Source: a virus (taxonomy: Duplodnaviria; Caudoviricetes). From it: 46,991 nucleotides of DNA. The stretch covers positions 1 to 46,991 of the IMG/VR virus record IMGVR_UViG_3300002092_000006; one strand, given 5' to 3'. Under the pieces are notes generated by a model. It made no database searches. It was given only the letters and a program-made list of their open reading frames with translations, and was not told the origin of the DNA. Shown here one piece after another: positions 35,980 to 44,763 of the stretch. Both the position numbers and the translations under genes were made by a program. Position 1 is the first letter of the stretch. Every line of letters starts with the position of its first letter.

Positions 35980-36099
35980 ATGAAAATAGAACAAAAGGGT
36001 TTTGGATACAGAGCTACATATAAGGGTATGAGTGTCTATTCTTGGTCAATCTGTCAAGCAATAGCCCGTTTATTAGAATTACAAAAATACTATGCTTAG
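35980..36099 (+). CDS. Early microprotein (39 aa)
   Basis: Hand translation MKIEQKGFGYRATYKG...; first ORF after the promoter. Confidence 0.5.
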   Translation: MKIEQKGFGYRATYKGMSVYSWSICQAIARLLELQKYYA

Positions 36100-36214
36100 C
36101 TGTAAATGCCTAGAGTGTAGAGAGCAGGCAAGGCGTGAGCTTTGGTCTTGCATATTGATGGGCGGTTTTGCGTTTGCGTGTGTGCTTGGTGTGTTGGTTG
36201 TTGGATTACAATAA
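36092..36214 (+). CDS. Early single-TM microprotein (40 aa)
   Basis: MLSCKCLEC...WSCILMGGFAFACVLGVLVVGLQ. Confidence 0.5.
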   Translation: MLSCKCLECREQARRELWSCILMGGFAFACVLGVLVVGLQ

Positions 36215-36234
36215 ATTATTATATGTTTTATTAA

Positions 36235-36663
36235 GTGATTAAAACTAAAATGACAAAACAAAAATATACAAAAGAGCAGAAACAGGAATATTTCAAGGGC
36301 TTGCGTGAAAAATGGCAGGCTTGCAAGGTGGCTAGTGAGCAAGATGTAGATGCTAAATTGAAATGGCAGGCAGTCAATGAGCAAGCAGGCGGGAAGTTAT
36401 CATATACTGGTTTTTACTTTACTCTGATGGATATGCAGGCTCAGGGCTTGGACGGCTTGCCGTATGTAGATGCTAAAACCTTTGATGGTTGGACTAATGC
36501 AGGTTTTAAAGTTATCAAGGGCAGTAAGTCAAGCATAAGCGGTATAACTTGGCTTGAGGTTGATCGTGATGATGTGAAGGGCGAGGCGAAGGACAATAAT
36601 TTTATGATACCGAAAATGTACCATCTATTTCACCGCTCGCAGGTAGAGGCAATAGAATTATAA
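36235..36663 (+). CDS. ArdC N-terminal-like ssDNA-binding / antirestriction protein
   Basis: KTFDGWTNAGFKVIKGSKS..I...LFHRSQVE matches the ArdC-N pattern (T+.QW...G..V.KGeK...F...Q). Likely start is ATG 36250. Confidence 0.7.
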   Translation: MIKTKMTKQKYTKEQKQEYFKGLREKWQACKVASEQDVDAKLKWQAVNEQAGGKLSYTGFYFTLMDMQAQGLDGLPYVDAKTFDGWTNAGFKVIKGSKSSISGITWLEVDRDDVKGEAKDNNFMIPKMYHLFHRSQVEAIEL

Positions 36664-36701
36664 ATAACATTACACCATTTTATCTCCCCTCTTGGCTTGT
36701 A

Positions 36702-36941
36702 ATGCGAGAGGGTGGATATAGTGGACTTATTACAATGAAAACAACACTATGCGAGGAATGTATAGCAAGAGGCAGATACTCAATGACTAACTTGAAAATA
36801 GACTTGCGAGAAGTTAAAAGAGAGCTTGTTGAGCGTAAGAATATTATGGCTAGTGAGTTTCAAGAATTGTCAGATAAACAAAGTGAATTATTAAAAATAA
36901 TAATGAGCGGTGATATAAAATGCACTTGCTCAATACAATAA
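36702..36941 (+). CDS. Hypothetical protein (CxxC...CxC)
   Basis: Early-arm ORF; likely start MKTTLCEEC. Confidence 0.55.
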   Translation: MREGGYSGLITMKTTLCEECIARGRYSMTNLKIDLREVKRELVERKNIMASEFQELSDKQSELLKIIMSGDIKCTCSIQ

Positions 36942-36945
36942 AACT

Positions 36946-37203
36946 ATGTCAATAGAAATATATAGCAAGGCAAAGAGTGAAATAAAAGAAAAGAGAATAC
37001 TGAGCGTTAGGGAGTGGAACAATGAGGCAAGAGCTAAAAGGCAGTATATCTTAGTTTATACGCTTGGTAATGGATCAATGGCAGATACAGCACGACAGCA
37101 TGGCTATGTAGTACAGAAAAGGCACAATCAAGGCGGTGAGCGTTCGCATTTCTTCCTTAGTCGTGAAAAAGCGATTGCCGATTATCAGAGTAATACATTT
37201 TAA
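36946..37203 (+). CDS. Hypothetical protein
   Basis: Packed early ORF. Confidence 0.6.
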   Translation: MSIEIYSKAKSEIKEKRILSVREWNNEARAKRQYILVYTLGNGSMADTARQHGYVVQKRHNQGGERSHFFLSREKAIADYQSNTF

Positions 37204-37208
37204 TTAGT

Positions 37209-37457
37209 ATGAGCTACTACATAACAACAAAAAAGGGTGCAAAGTTATCATATTGGTATAGTGGTGATTTACAAAGTCGCAGGCATATTATTGGTAGCAG
37301 AAAAAATGACTGGTTGGCTTTTAATAGCATAAAAGAGGCACAGAAAAAAATAAATTATATGCTATCAGAAATACCTAGAAATTGTGAGAGGTGGGGCAAA
37401 GAAGTGTCAAGACAGGTGGAGGTTTATATTAAAAATTTAATTATAGTGGCAGAATAA
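37209..37457 (+). CDS. Hypothetical protein
   Basis: Packed early ORF. Confidence 0.6.
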   Translation: MSYYITTKKGAKLSYWYSGDLQSRRHIIGSRKNDWLAFNSIKEAQKKINYMLSEIPRNCERWGKEVSRQVEVYIKNLIIVAE

Positions 37458-37468
37458 TCAATATAACT

Positions 37469-37618
37469 ATGGAAACAAAAATAAAAGAATTGGAGTACGC
37501 AAAAAAGGCAGTGCAAAGTATTTTAGATGACGGAAATTGTTTGGTTGATATGCACAGCTTACAGTATTGGGCAGGCGTGGTTGAAAGATTACGAGAGGAG
37601 ATTAAAAATACTTTATAA
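37469..37618 (+). CDS. Hypothetical microprotein (49 aa, not in ORF track)
   Basis: METKIKELEYAKKAVQSIL...; fits between neighbours better than the 37527 extension does. Confidence 0.6.
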   Translation: METKIKELEYAKKAVQSILDDGNCLVDMHSLQYWAGVVERLREEIKNTL

Positions 37619-37625
37619 AACTTAT

Positions 37626-37868
37626 ATGAAAAAAATACATACACCATATAGAAACTATGCGACAAAGAAAATGCTGAAAACAGTTGAGGGTGAGATGAGG
37701 AAACAAAATCAATTTAATCGTATAGTAGAACTTGAAAATATAGCACAAGAAAAATACTTCAAGCATAATAGTATTACAGAATTTTATGATATTTTACTAG
37801 ATGAGGATGAGTTAAAAGAATATAAAAAATTGTACAAAGATTATTATGGTGAAAAATTTAACTTTTAA
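37626..37868 (+). CDS. Hypothetical protein (start revised to MKKIHTPY)
   Basis: In-frame ATG 7 nt after the previous stop. Confidence 0.6.
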   Translation: MKKIHTPYRNYATKKMLKTVEGEMRKQNQFNRIVELENIAQEKYFKHNSITEFYDILLDEDELKEYKKLYKDYYGEKFNF

Positions 37869-37870
37869 CT

Positions 37871-38158
37871 ATGACACAAGACGAAAGAGTTATACTTGCT
37901 ATACACAATAGGCAGAATATGCCAGTGGAAGAGATAGAATTGGATACTCCCGCTGATTTGGTTGTAATTGATAAGATTAGTCGGGTGGTGAAATCAAAAT
38001 GCGTATGGTGCGATTTGTGTGATGTTGCGAGAATTAAGCGGTTGATTGTGCGAGAGCAGAAATATTATTGGAATACAGATAGCGAGGTGGTGGCGGTACA
38101 TAGTCGTAGTGTGTCGCTTGGTGCGATATTATTAGAGTCAGAGATAATTAAGCTATAA
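37871..38158 (+). CDS. Hypothetical protein
   Basis: Packed early ORF with CxxCxxC. Confidence 0.55.
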   Translation: MTQDERVILAIHNRQNMPVEEIELDTPADLVVIDKISRVVKSKCVWCDLCDVARIKRLIVREQKYYWNTDSEVVAVHSRSVSLGAILLESEIIKL

Positions 38159-38162
38159 TTTT

Positions 38163-38321
38163 ATGGACGATGACACTTTTGAACATTTGAAATTGACAAT
38201 GAAACAAAATGGTTTTGTGTTAATGGACGGATACCCAGTAAAAAATGGTAGTGAAACAATTTTTAGGCGTGATAATGTAGATATTATTATTAAAGAGGTT
38301 GTACATAAAGATAATTTATAA
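38163..38321 (+). CDS. Hypothetical microprotein (52 aa, not in ORF track)
   Basis: MDDDTFEHLKLTMKQNGF...; fills the gap. Confidence 0.55.
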   Translation: MDDDTFEHLKLTMKQNGFVLMDGYPVKNGSETIFRRDNVDIIIKEVVHKDNL

Positions 38322-38327
38322 AGCACT

Positions 38328-38516
38328 ATGGACAATACACAAGTAACTAGGGTGAAAGATTTAATTGTAAAGGGTGAAAAAGTTGGGTATGCACAAGCAT
38401 TGAATGACTTGATGAGTGAGATTAAGTTAAAAAAGGCAGATGGTTTTGTTATTGATGAGTTGGTTGTGTGGGAGTTGATTGAGTTTTTAGTGGGTAGAAA
38501 TAATAAGGTGGAATAA
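38328..38516 (+). CDS. Hypothetical protein
   Basis: Packed early ORF. Confidence 0.55.
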   Translation: MDNTQVTRVKDLIVKGEKVGYAQALNDLMSEIKLKKADGFVIDELVVWELIEFLVGRNNKVE

Positions 38517-38520
38517 ATTT

Positions 38521-39390
38521 ATGGAACAAAAACAAAAAATATATGGTGAGGCGGAGAATTATATTAGATCACAATTCTTGGTGAATACAGTGGACTTTGG
38601 TTGCAAATTCAATCTTCAACAGGTGGTACACGATAAATTGGTGGCAGATAATTCTATCAAGAGTAGCAGTGAATATTATGAGCCGAAACAGGGTGAAATA
38701 CACGTTTCTAGCTTGTATAAGTGCTTGAGGGGTGTCTACTATGAAATGGTGGGTGAAAAGCCGACACAGGGCATTGAGGCTCGTGTGCTAGGCGTCTTTA
38801 AGGCAGGTAATCTCTTTGAGGACTTCATTATTGATTGTCTTGGTGAAAAAATTATTGATAGGCAGACCGAATACAGATTTAAGTATAAAAGTTTAACACT
38901 TGTAGGGCGTGATGATGGTACTTTTTTGGATGATAAAGGCGAGAGGCGAGTGCTAGAGTGCAAGAGCCAACACAGTGATAGTTTCTGGTATATGTTAAAA
39001 GACCAGATGGGCGTACAATGGCAACACCAGATACAGCTACAGACCTATTTATGGTTGCGTAGACAGTTGTACAATGAGGAGGTGGACGGAATGTACGCAT
39101 ATATTTCCAAAGATGATTGCACCATAAATTCTGTGGCTGTCAAGTACAATGAAAATATTATCAATGAGGTAGTTATACCGATTTTGGATATGTTGAATGA
39201 GGCGTATGAGCAAAAAAATCCAGCACTGCTACCACTACCCGAACCGATTGTATTTGACAAAAATACAAAGAAATGGAAGAAAAATTGGTTATGTACCTAC
39301 TGCTCGTACCACGCTTTATGCACTGGTGATGTGGCTTGGCATTTGGGGCTGGAGGATAGGGTAAAAATTAGTAATAAGGGGAGTAAATAA
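38521..39390 (+). CDS. Cas4/RecB-like PD-(D/E)xK exonuclease with Fe-S cysteines
   Basis: HVSSLYKCLR, GRDD, LECKS, QLQTY, C-terminal CTYCSYHALC. Confidence 0.85.
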   Translation: MEQKQKIYGEAENYIRSQFLVNTVDFGCKFNLQQVVHDKLVADNSIKSSSEYYEPKQGEIHVSSLYKCLRGVYYEMVGEKPTQGIEARVLGVFKAGNLFEDFIIDCLGEKIIDRQTEYRFKYKSLTLVGRDDGTFLDDKGERRVLECKSQHSDSFWYMLKDQMGVQWQHQIQLQTYLWLRRQLYNEEVDGMYAYISKDDCTINSVAVKYNENIINEVVIPILDMLNEAYEQKNPALLPLPEPIVFDKNTKKWKKNWLCTYCSYHALCTGDVAWHLGLEDRVKISNKGSK

Positions 39391-39394
39391 AATT

Positions 39395-39595
39395 ATGGAC
39401 GAAGAAAAAGTTGAGGTAAGAAAAAGAAAGGATAAAGAATTTGGGTGTATGACCGCAAATGATGTTTTGATTTGTTACTGTGGTGAATGTAAGCAAGAAG
39501 ATTATGCTTTGCCAGAAGATTATTTTCCTCTTAAAGTAGAGGTAGATGTCGGAGATTGGAAGGGGGTTGTGGGGACTAAGAGTGAAAAAAGTTGA
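39395..39595 (+). CDS. Hypothetical Cys-containing protein
   Basis: C...CYCGEC; packed ORF. Confidence 0.5.
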   Translation: MDEEKVEVRKRKDKEFGCMTANDVLICYCGECKQEDYALPEDYFPLKVEVDVGDWKGVVGTKSEKS

Positions 39596-39621
39596 CAGTA
39601 TTATTAAATGAGTTGTATTAT
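39592..39621 (+). promoter_or_regulatory. Sigma70-type promoter
   Basis: TTGACA-18 nt-TATTAT. Confidence 0.6.
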
Positions 39622-39667
39622 AATATGGTCGTATAAATTATAATAATGTGAGTAGAACCAAAAGTAT

Positions 39668-39919
39668 ATGGACAATGATTTTTATGTGAACAAGGTGATT
39701 ATGTGCAAGGATTGTAATAATGAGTTTGAATGGCTTGGGTCAGATCAAAAATTTCTACACGATTGTGTGGAGAATAAAACACCACATCCCATTACTGGAA
39801 AAATAATTGAAAAAGTTATTGCACCAGTACGCTGTAAAGATTGTAGAAGTAAAAGAAAGCAATATTTTGATAAAAATAAAAGTAGTGAAAATATTGATGG
39901 AATTATTAAGTTTTACTAA
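39668..39919 (+). CDS. Zinc-ribbon domain protein
   Basis: CKDCNNEFEW...DQKF...PVRCKDCR. Confidence 0.75.
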   Translation: MDNDFYVNKVIMCKDCNNEFEWLGSDQKFLHDCVENKTPHPITGKIIEKVIAPVRCKDCRSKRKQYFDKNKSSENIDGIIKFY

Positions 39920-39932
39920 ATAAATTAAGACT

Positions 39933-40427
39933 ATGGAACAAGAAATAGACGAATTTGGAAATAAGCAACCTATTGATAACTATGTGGAACACCCTTTGCA
40001 TTTTAAGTATGATGAGCATTGCAGTGAATGTTTTAAAGAAAATAAGGTTGTGCATAGTGGAGTGGAAGAAACAAACAAGAAACAGGACAGCAATCTGAGT
40101 AAGTTACGTGCCAGTATTGAGGCACAGCGTAAAGCAAGAGTATCAGCAGAAACAATAAAAAATACTTTTGGCGAAGAAATATTAAAACCACTTGAACTAA
40201 AACCTGTACCCGAAATTACATTTGAGGACAATACTGAATTTAATCTTGAAAGGCACGGACAGTTATGCGAGCGTGCAGATGTGCTTTACCACAATTTTTT
40301 GGTGGGAAAACAAAGTTTAGTTTTGAGTGATGATAATTCTATTATGGCTTTTGAATGGACTATAAAAGAGTTGTGTGGTGGGATTGACGAGGTGGTGGAT
40401 GAGGGAACGAAAATTAGGTGGTCATAA
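39933..40427 (+). CDS. Hypothetical protein
   Basis: 164 aa; H..H....HCSEC. Confidence 0.6.
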   Translation: MEQEIDEFGNKQPIDNYVEHPLHFKYDEHCSECFKENKVVHSGVEETNKKQDSNLSKLRASIEAQRKARVSAETIKNTFGEEILKPLELKPVPEITFEDNTEFNLERHGQLCERADVLYHNFLVGKQSLVLSDDNSIMAFEWTIKELCGGIDEVVDEGTKIRWS

Positions 40428-40433
40428 AATACT

Positions 40434-40709
40434 ATGAAAATACCAATAAGAATAAAAGAATACGCATTAAAAAAAGAAAATAGTAGTTTTGATTTGCTTG
40501 GTGGAATAATAAATTTTATTAATAATATAAAACTTATTTTCACAAATAAATTAATGCACAGTGGTTCAGCTTTTATTATAAATGATAATGAAATTATTAT
40601 TGTGCGTGATGTATCTTTAATGAAAGAAAATGGGGAGTATAAATTTATAGATACACCAGAGGGTGAACACCAAACATCAATAGAAATTAGTCAAAATATT
40701 AGGGACTGA
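40434..40709 (+). CDS. Hypothetical protein
   Basis: Packed ORF. Confidence 0.55.
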   Translation: MKIPIRIKEYALKKENSSFDLLGGIINFINNIKLIFTNKLMHSGSAFIINDNEIIIVRDVSLMKENGEYKFIDTPEGEHQTSIEISQNIRD

Positions 40710-40746
40710 GTATTGGTCATAATTATAAGTTTAATTAAATATATTT

Positions 40747-40845
40747 ATGAGTATATTTGAGGAAGAAGTTGAAGATGATGACGAAGACTGGGATTTAGGT
40801 CAAGAAGATTGGAATGATGAGGGGGGTATTGACGAGGATGAGTAG
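40747..40845 (+). CDS. Hyper-acidic micropeptide (32 aa, not in ORF track)
   Basis: MSIFEEEVEDDDEDWDLGQEDWNDEGGIDEDE. Confidence 0.5.
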   Translation: MSIFEEEVEDDDEDWDLGQEDWNDEGGIDEDE

Positions 40846-40926
40846 TTGTACTGTAATGGTGAAATTAGGTTGATTTCCCTACTCTGTTGTTGCTTTTAGT
40901 AGTTAATAGTATTATAGTAATATTGT

Positions 40927-41211
40927 ATGGATAATCAAAACGAAGAGAAAGAATATACACAGTTTATAGAGGTCAAGGACTGTGCAAAAATTCTTAATGT
41001 ACATCCATTGACGATCAAAAGAGCAATCCACGCAGGTAAGTTGAGGGCAGTTAAGGTCGGACAGAAACGTTTTAGAATTACTGAGGATGACTTTAGGAAG
41101 TACCTCAATGGTCTAAGCTATTCTGTAACTTTCCCTTTAGTAAATTTACCTAAGGAAAAGATTGTGCGTGCGATTGTGGAAATGGATAATAAGTTAGGGG
41201 TGAATGATTAA
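40927..41211 (+). CDS. Excisionase-like HTH DNA-binding protein
   Basis: VKDCAKILNVHPLTIKRAIHAGKLRAVKVG..FRITEDD. Confidence 0.85.
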   Translation: MDNQNEEKEYTQFIEVKDCAKILNVHPLTIKRAIHAGKLRAVKVGQKRFRITEDDFRKYLNGLSYSVTFPLVNLPKEKIVRAIVEMDNKLGVND

Positions 41212-41246
41212 ATTAATAGAATTAATATAAAAAAAATAATAAATAT

Positions 41247-41597
41247 ATGTTAAACAATACAGCTGAAACTTTTAGAAATCATAAACAAGCATTAAGTCCA
41301 GTGTTGAAGTTAGAGGCAAATATACCTGTCAAAATATTAAGCATAAATTCTTACGAAGAGTCTATTGAGGTTGGTGCTCAAGATGGAAAGAAGTATGCTC
41401 AAATTACATTTAAGGTAAATGTAGAAACTTCAGAGGGAATTATGGAAAAAGACTGGAATGTTACCTCAGAGGGTTTGGTTACAATATTAGAGTCAAATAA
41501 AATTGATGTGGGTAGTAGCTTTACAGTTACAAAAAAAGGTGAGGGTTTCCACACAAAATATTTGATAACAGATGTGATTAATAAATCAGTAGAATAG
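41247..41597 (+). CDS. Possible ssDNA-binding OB-fold protein
   Basis: Beta-rich; LKLE...; FTVTKKGEGFHTKY resembles phage SSB C-terminal strands. Confidence 0.4.
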   Translation: MLNNTAETFRNHKQALSPVLKLEANIPVKILSINSYEESIEVGAQDGKKYAQITFKVNVETSEGIMEKDWNVTSEGLVTILESNKIDVGSSFTVTKKGEGFHTKYLITDVINKSVE

Positions 41598-41601
41598 TTT
41601 T

Positions 41602-41877
41602 ATGCCAATCTCATTTACAGCATTTCGGAATAATAAAGAAAGTATTAAAAATGAACGCAAGGAGGAATATTCTGAGCGTACGTTAAAATACTTTAATATG
41701 ATTACCGAAATGTTGGAAAGGGAGGCGGACTACGGGAGTAGTTTTCCCTTCCTTGAGAGCGTATACCACTACATTGAGCAGAATGAGTTTATATCGGATA
41801 ATCAGTGTTCTATTGTTGATAAAATATCAGAACACCCCGAATGTGGTTATTATGGGTATGAGGCAGAGCCGTTTTAG
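41602..41877 (+). CDS. Hypothetical protein
   Basis: FLESV.......FISDNQ...V..I; ends in an acidic PF tail. Confidence 0.6.
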   Translation: MPISFTAFRNNKESIKNERKEEYSERTLKYFNMITEMLEREADYGSSFPFLESVYHYIEQNEFISDNQCSIVDKISEHPECGYYGYEAEPF

Positions 41878-41906
41878 TATATTAGAAGTTAAAAATAAAT
41901 AAATAT

Positions 41907-42941
41907 ATGGAAAATGATATTGAAAAATCTTTAGTAGTAATAGTTAAGGAAAATGATATTGAATTAGTAACAGAGGGACAATTAATCATAGATGCTTTTA
42001 GTGGTTTTTACAAACAAGCAAAATCATTTGAAGATTTATCTAAAACCCTTATTGTTAGTGATATTTCACAGGTAGAAGAAATGGCACAAGCTAAGGAGGC
42101 GAGAAAAGTATTAAAACAATGTCGCTTAAATGCTGAGCAAGCTCGCAAAGACTTTAAGTCAGGCTATCTAAATAAGGGTAAAGCAGTTGATATGATTGCC
42201 AAACTCGTTTCTACTACTATTGAACCCCTAGAGTCCTACTTTGAGGCACAGGAAAAATTTGCAGAGAATATTGAGAAGGCAAAGATACGGGAGATGATTG
42301 TTTCTCGTGAAACAGCTTTAAAGCAGTATGTAGAGGATATAAGTATATATAATGTAGTTGTTATGTCTGATGAGGCATTTAACACATTACTGGATGATTT
42401 AAAATCATCTTATGAGAAAAAGCAGGCTGAATTAGCCAAGATAGAAACTGATAGGATTGAAAAGGAACGTTTAGAGCGTGAGGAGGCAGAAAAAAACAAG
42501 TTGGAAGTTGCCAGATTACAGAAAGAAGCTGAAATACGAGATGCCGAAATATTGAAAGAGAGAGCTGAACGTGAGGCTAAAGAGAAAAAGGAAAGAGAAG
42601 ACGCTCATATGGAAAGAGAGAGAATTCTTTTTGAGCAAAAGAAAAAAGATGAAGAAGCCGAGAAAAAGTTAGAAATAGAACGAAAGGCAAAAGAAGAATT
42701 AGAGAAAAAAGAAAGGGAAAGAATTGCAAAGGAGGCTAAAGAATTGGCTGATAAAGAAAAAGCTGAGAGAGAGGCTAAACTAGCACCTGAAAAGGATAAG
42801 TTAAATAATTATGCTGAAATGATTAAGTCTATAGTAGCACCGCAAGATTTATCAAAAGCGGGACAACTTATTATAGTAGAAGCAGAGAAGTCTTTATTAT
42901 CAATATCACAGAGAATTAAGGATCAGGTTAAAAATTTGTAG
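41907..42941 (+). CDS. Long E/K/R-rich coiled-coil protein
   Basis: 344 aa; RK..K..YL..GKAVD..AK......EP.E N-terminal pattern, then a charged helix. Confidence 0.7.
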   Translation: MENDIEKSLVVIVKENDIELVTEGQLIIDAFSGFYKQAKSFEDLSKTLIVSDISQVEEMAQAKEARKVLKQCRLNAEQARKDFKSGYLNKGKAVDMIAKLVSTTIEPLESYFEAQEKFAENIEKAKIREMIVSRETALKQYVEDISIYNVVVMSDEAFNTLLDDLKSSYEKKQAELAKIETDRIEKERLEREEAEKNKLEVARLQKEAEIRDAEILKERAEREAKEKKEREDAHMERERILFEQKKKDEEAEKKLEIERKAKEELEKKERERIAKEAKELADKEKAEREAKLAPEKDKLNNYAEMIKSIVAPQDLSKAGQLIIVEAEKSLLSISQRIKDQVKNL

Positions 42942-42942
42942 T

Positions 42943-43278
42943 ATGATAATCAATATACCAGTCAAATGTTTATCAGTTAACAAAGCCTTTACTGGTAGAC
43001 ATTTTAAGACTAGGGATTATATTGATTTTGAAAGAGATGTGTGTCGTGTATTGAAATTTGCAAAGCAAACAATTATGGGAGAGTGTTTAGTTGTGTATAC
43101 TTTTTATGTAAGCAATTACAAAATGGTAGATGTAGACAATCAAATAAAAACTACACAAGACCTTTTAGTTAAATTAGATTACATAAAAGATGATAGATTG
43201 ATTAAAGAAATTAGGGCAAGTAAGGTGGCCTGTAAGAAAGGGGAAGAAAAGATTATTATTAATATAATGGAATTATGA
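42943..43278 (+). CDS. rusA: RusA-like Holliday junction resolvase
   Basis: LSVNK, DVDNQIK...DLL......DDRLI. Confidence 0.85.
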   Translation: MIINIPVKCLSVNKAFTGRHFKTRDYIDFERDVCRVLKFAKQTIMGECLVVYTFYVSNYKMVDVDNQIKTTQDLLVKLDYIKDDRLIKEIRASKVACKKGEEKIIINIMEL

Positions 43279-43490
43279 CTAAGATAACAAAAAATAAATT
43301 AATGCGTACTTTTGAAGATGGAGGTGTACGTAGAGAGCATAGAATTGAAGTAGCACCAAGTAAATTGGTACTTGACTGTGATGGAACTAAATTTGAAATC
43401 TTTGTTTCTGTTGGTCAATTTATCAATAGAAAAAAAATGTGCAAAAGATTATTAGCAAATAAAAAAATAGATTATGGAAAAAGAATGTAG
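43275..43490 (+). CDS. Hypothetical protein
   Basis: ATGA-coupled to rusA. Confidence 0.55.
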   Translation: MTKITKNKLMRTFEDGGVRREHRIEVAPSKLVLDCDGTKFEIFVSVGQFINRKKMCKRLLANKKIDYGKRM

Positions 43491-43671
43491 ATTTGGTCAT
43501 CAATGTACAAGTGATTGTCAAAATACAAAAGACTGTCCTTGCCAAGATGAACACTGTTGTGCCTTAACAGAAAATTGTGATGGAAGTTGTGATGATTGTT
43601 TTAATAAAGAAGATAATAGTAGTTGGACTGACAGACCAGAATATGACAGTAATGGAAATCCTAATGAATAA
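43474..43671 (+). CDS. Cys-rich metallothionein-like microprotein
   Basis: Ten Cys within residues 5-42. Confidence 0.55.
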   Translation: MEKECRFGHQCTSDCQNTKDCPCQDEHCCALTENCDGSCDDCFNKEDNSSWTDRPEYDSNGNPNE

Positions 43672-43677
43672 AATAAT

Positions 43678-43785
43678 ATGTCATACAAAATCTGTAAAAA
43701 ATGCTGGGAATTAAATGATACACGCAATATAAATGATTTATGTTATCAATGTCAATTTATTTATTACTTATCTTTTAAAAAATGA
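43678..43785 (+). CDS. Zn-finger microprotein (35 aa, not in ORF track)
   Basis: ICKKC...LCYQC; ATGA overlap with the next gene. Confidence 0.5.
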   Translation: MSYKICKKCWELNDTRNINDLCYQCQFIYYLSFKK

Positions 43786-43979
43786 AAACTAAAATATTAA
43801 CAACAACAGAATATGACGGACTTGCCTTTGACCTAAAGCAACAAATTATAAACCAAGTAAATCGTGAAGCAAACTATTGGTGGGGAAAATACGCTCCCTA
43901 CCAATCCACAATGACATACAAAGAGAGATTAGAATATTTAAAAAGTAAAGGTCGGCAAAAAAAGGTAGAGGATTTGTAA
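43782..43979 (+). CDS. Hypothetical protein
   Basis: Packed ORF. Confidence 0.55.
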   Translation: MKTKILTTTEYDGLAFDLKQQIINQVNREANYWWGKYAPYQSTMTYKERLEYLKSKGRQKKVEDL

Positions 43980-43988
43980 TTTAATTTT

Positions 43989-44201
43989 ATGGTAAATTGG
44001 AATAATTTAAAACAGAATAAATGTCCGAAGTGTAATCACTTCTTAAAAGAAACTCATAATGGTGTTCAGAATGGATATGGTTGTTCCCAACATTATAAGA
44101 TTTGTAATTTTTTTATTGGTAAAGAAAAATTTAATGAAATTGTTGGAGAAGAAGATGATACTTGTTCAAGATTAGAAAAGGGGGAAAATTTAGACGATTA
44201 A
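43989..44201 (+). CDS. Topoisomerase-type C4 zinc-finger microprotein
   Basis: KCPKCNHFL...YGCSQHYKICNF. Confidence 0.65.
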   Translation: MVNWNNLKQNKCPKCNHFLKETHNGVQNGYGCSQHYKICNFFIGKEKFNEIVGEEDDTCSRLEKGENLDD

Positions 44202-44205
44202 ATTT

Positions 44206-44610
44206 ATGCGATACTTCAAAGTAAAAATTGGTTACGATATAAATGATTTCTTTCAGATAGATGAATCTGAATTGCCAAAAGCAATACTCGCACAGGTTAA
44301 AGGAATGGTAGCGATATTCAAAACACAAGGCACGGTAGCAGGTAACAGCATAATCTCTATACAGCCTGATTGGAACCGAGAGCTTGGTTACAATAGAGAT
44401 TATAAAATGAATGGTGAGGATTTTAGGAGGTTGTCTAACACCACAAAACAGAAATATGATTCTATTCTGCAATTAGTGAACGAAAACATACTCCGAGAAA
44501 TGAAAGGATTGCCTTTGTTGAAAAATGAAAATGAATTGCTCTTGTCGTCAGAGAGCAAACAATTATCAGATAAATTAAAAATTAACTTTATAAAAGGATA
44601 TGAATTGTAA
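44206..44610 (+). CDS. Hypothetical protein, paralog of 3830..4210
   Basis: Shared Y.K...GY, EL.KAI, G.V.G..I..I..DW.R..G.N...KM..+D. Confidence 0.7.
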   Translation: MRYFKVKIGYDINDFFQIDESELPKAILAQVKGMVAIFKTQGTVAGNSIISIQPDWNRELGYNRDYKMNGEDFRRLSNTTKQKYDSILQLVNENILREMKGLPLLKNENELLLSSESKQLSDKLKINFIKGYEL

Positions 44611-44710
44611 AACAGAATTAAGAAATTTTATAGAACATTATGGTTGGGACGAATTTGAAGAAGCTCTTGAGATTTTAAAAGAAGAACAAAAAAAATTAGA
44701 TACAGAGTAA
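44600..44710 (+). CDS. Hypothetical microprotein (36 aa)
   Basis: MNCKTELRNFIEHYGWDEFEEALEILKEE... Confidence 0.5.
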   Translation: MNCKTELRNFIEHYGWDEFEEALEILKEEQKKLDTE

Positions 44711-44763
44711 TTATTAACCTAACCCAGTTCTCGCAGAAACTTTAAAACTGCGGAATAAAACAT

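Noticed and set aside
37527-37625. N-terminal extension of the 113-aa ORF
   Set aside because: It overlaps the better-fitting 37469..37618 gene; the start was moved to 37626.
38521-39390. CRISPR-associated cas4 locus
   Set aside because: No cas1/cas2 or array; solo Cas4-like nucleases are common phage recombination enzymes.
40927-41211. Integration/excision module
   Set aside because: Only an excisionase-like HTH is present; no tyrosine or serine recombinase was recognised.
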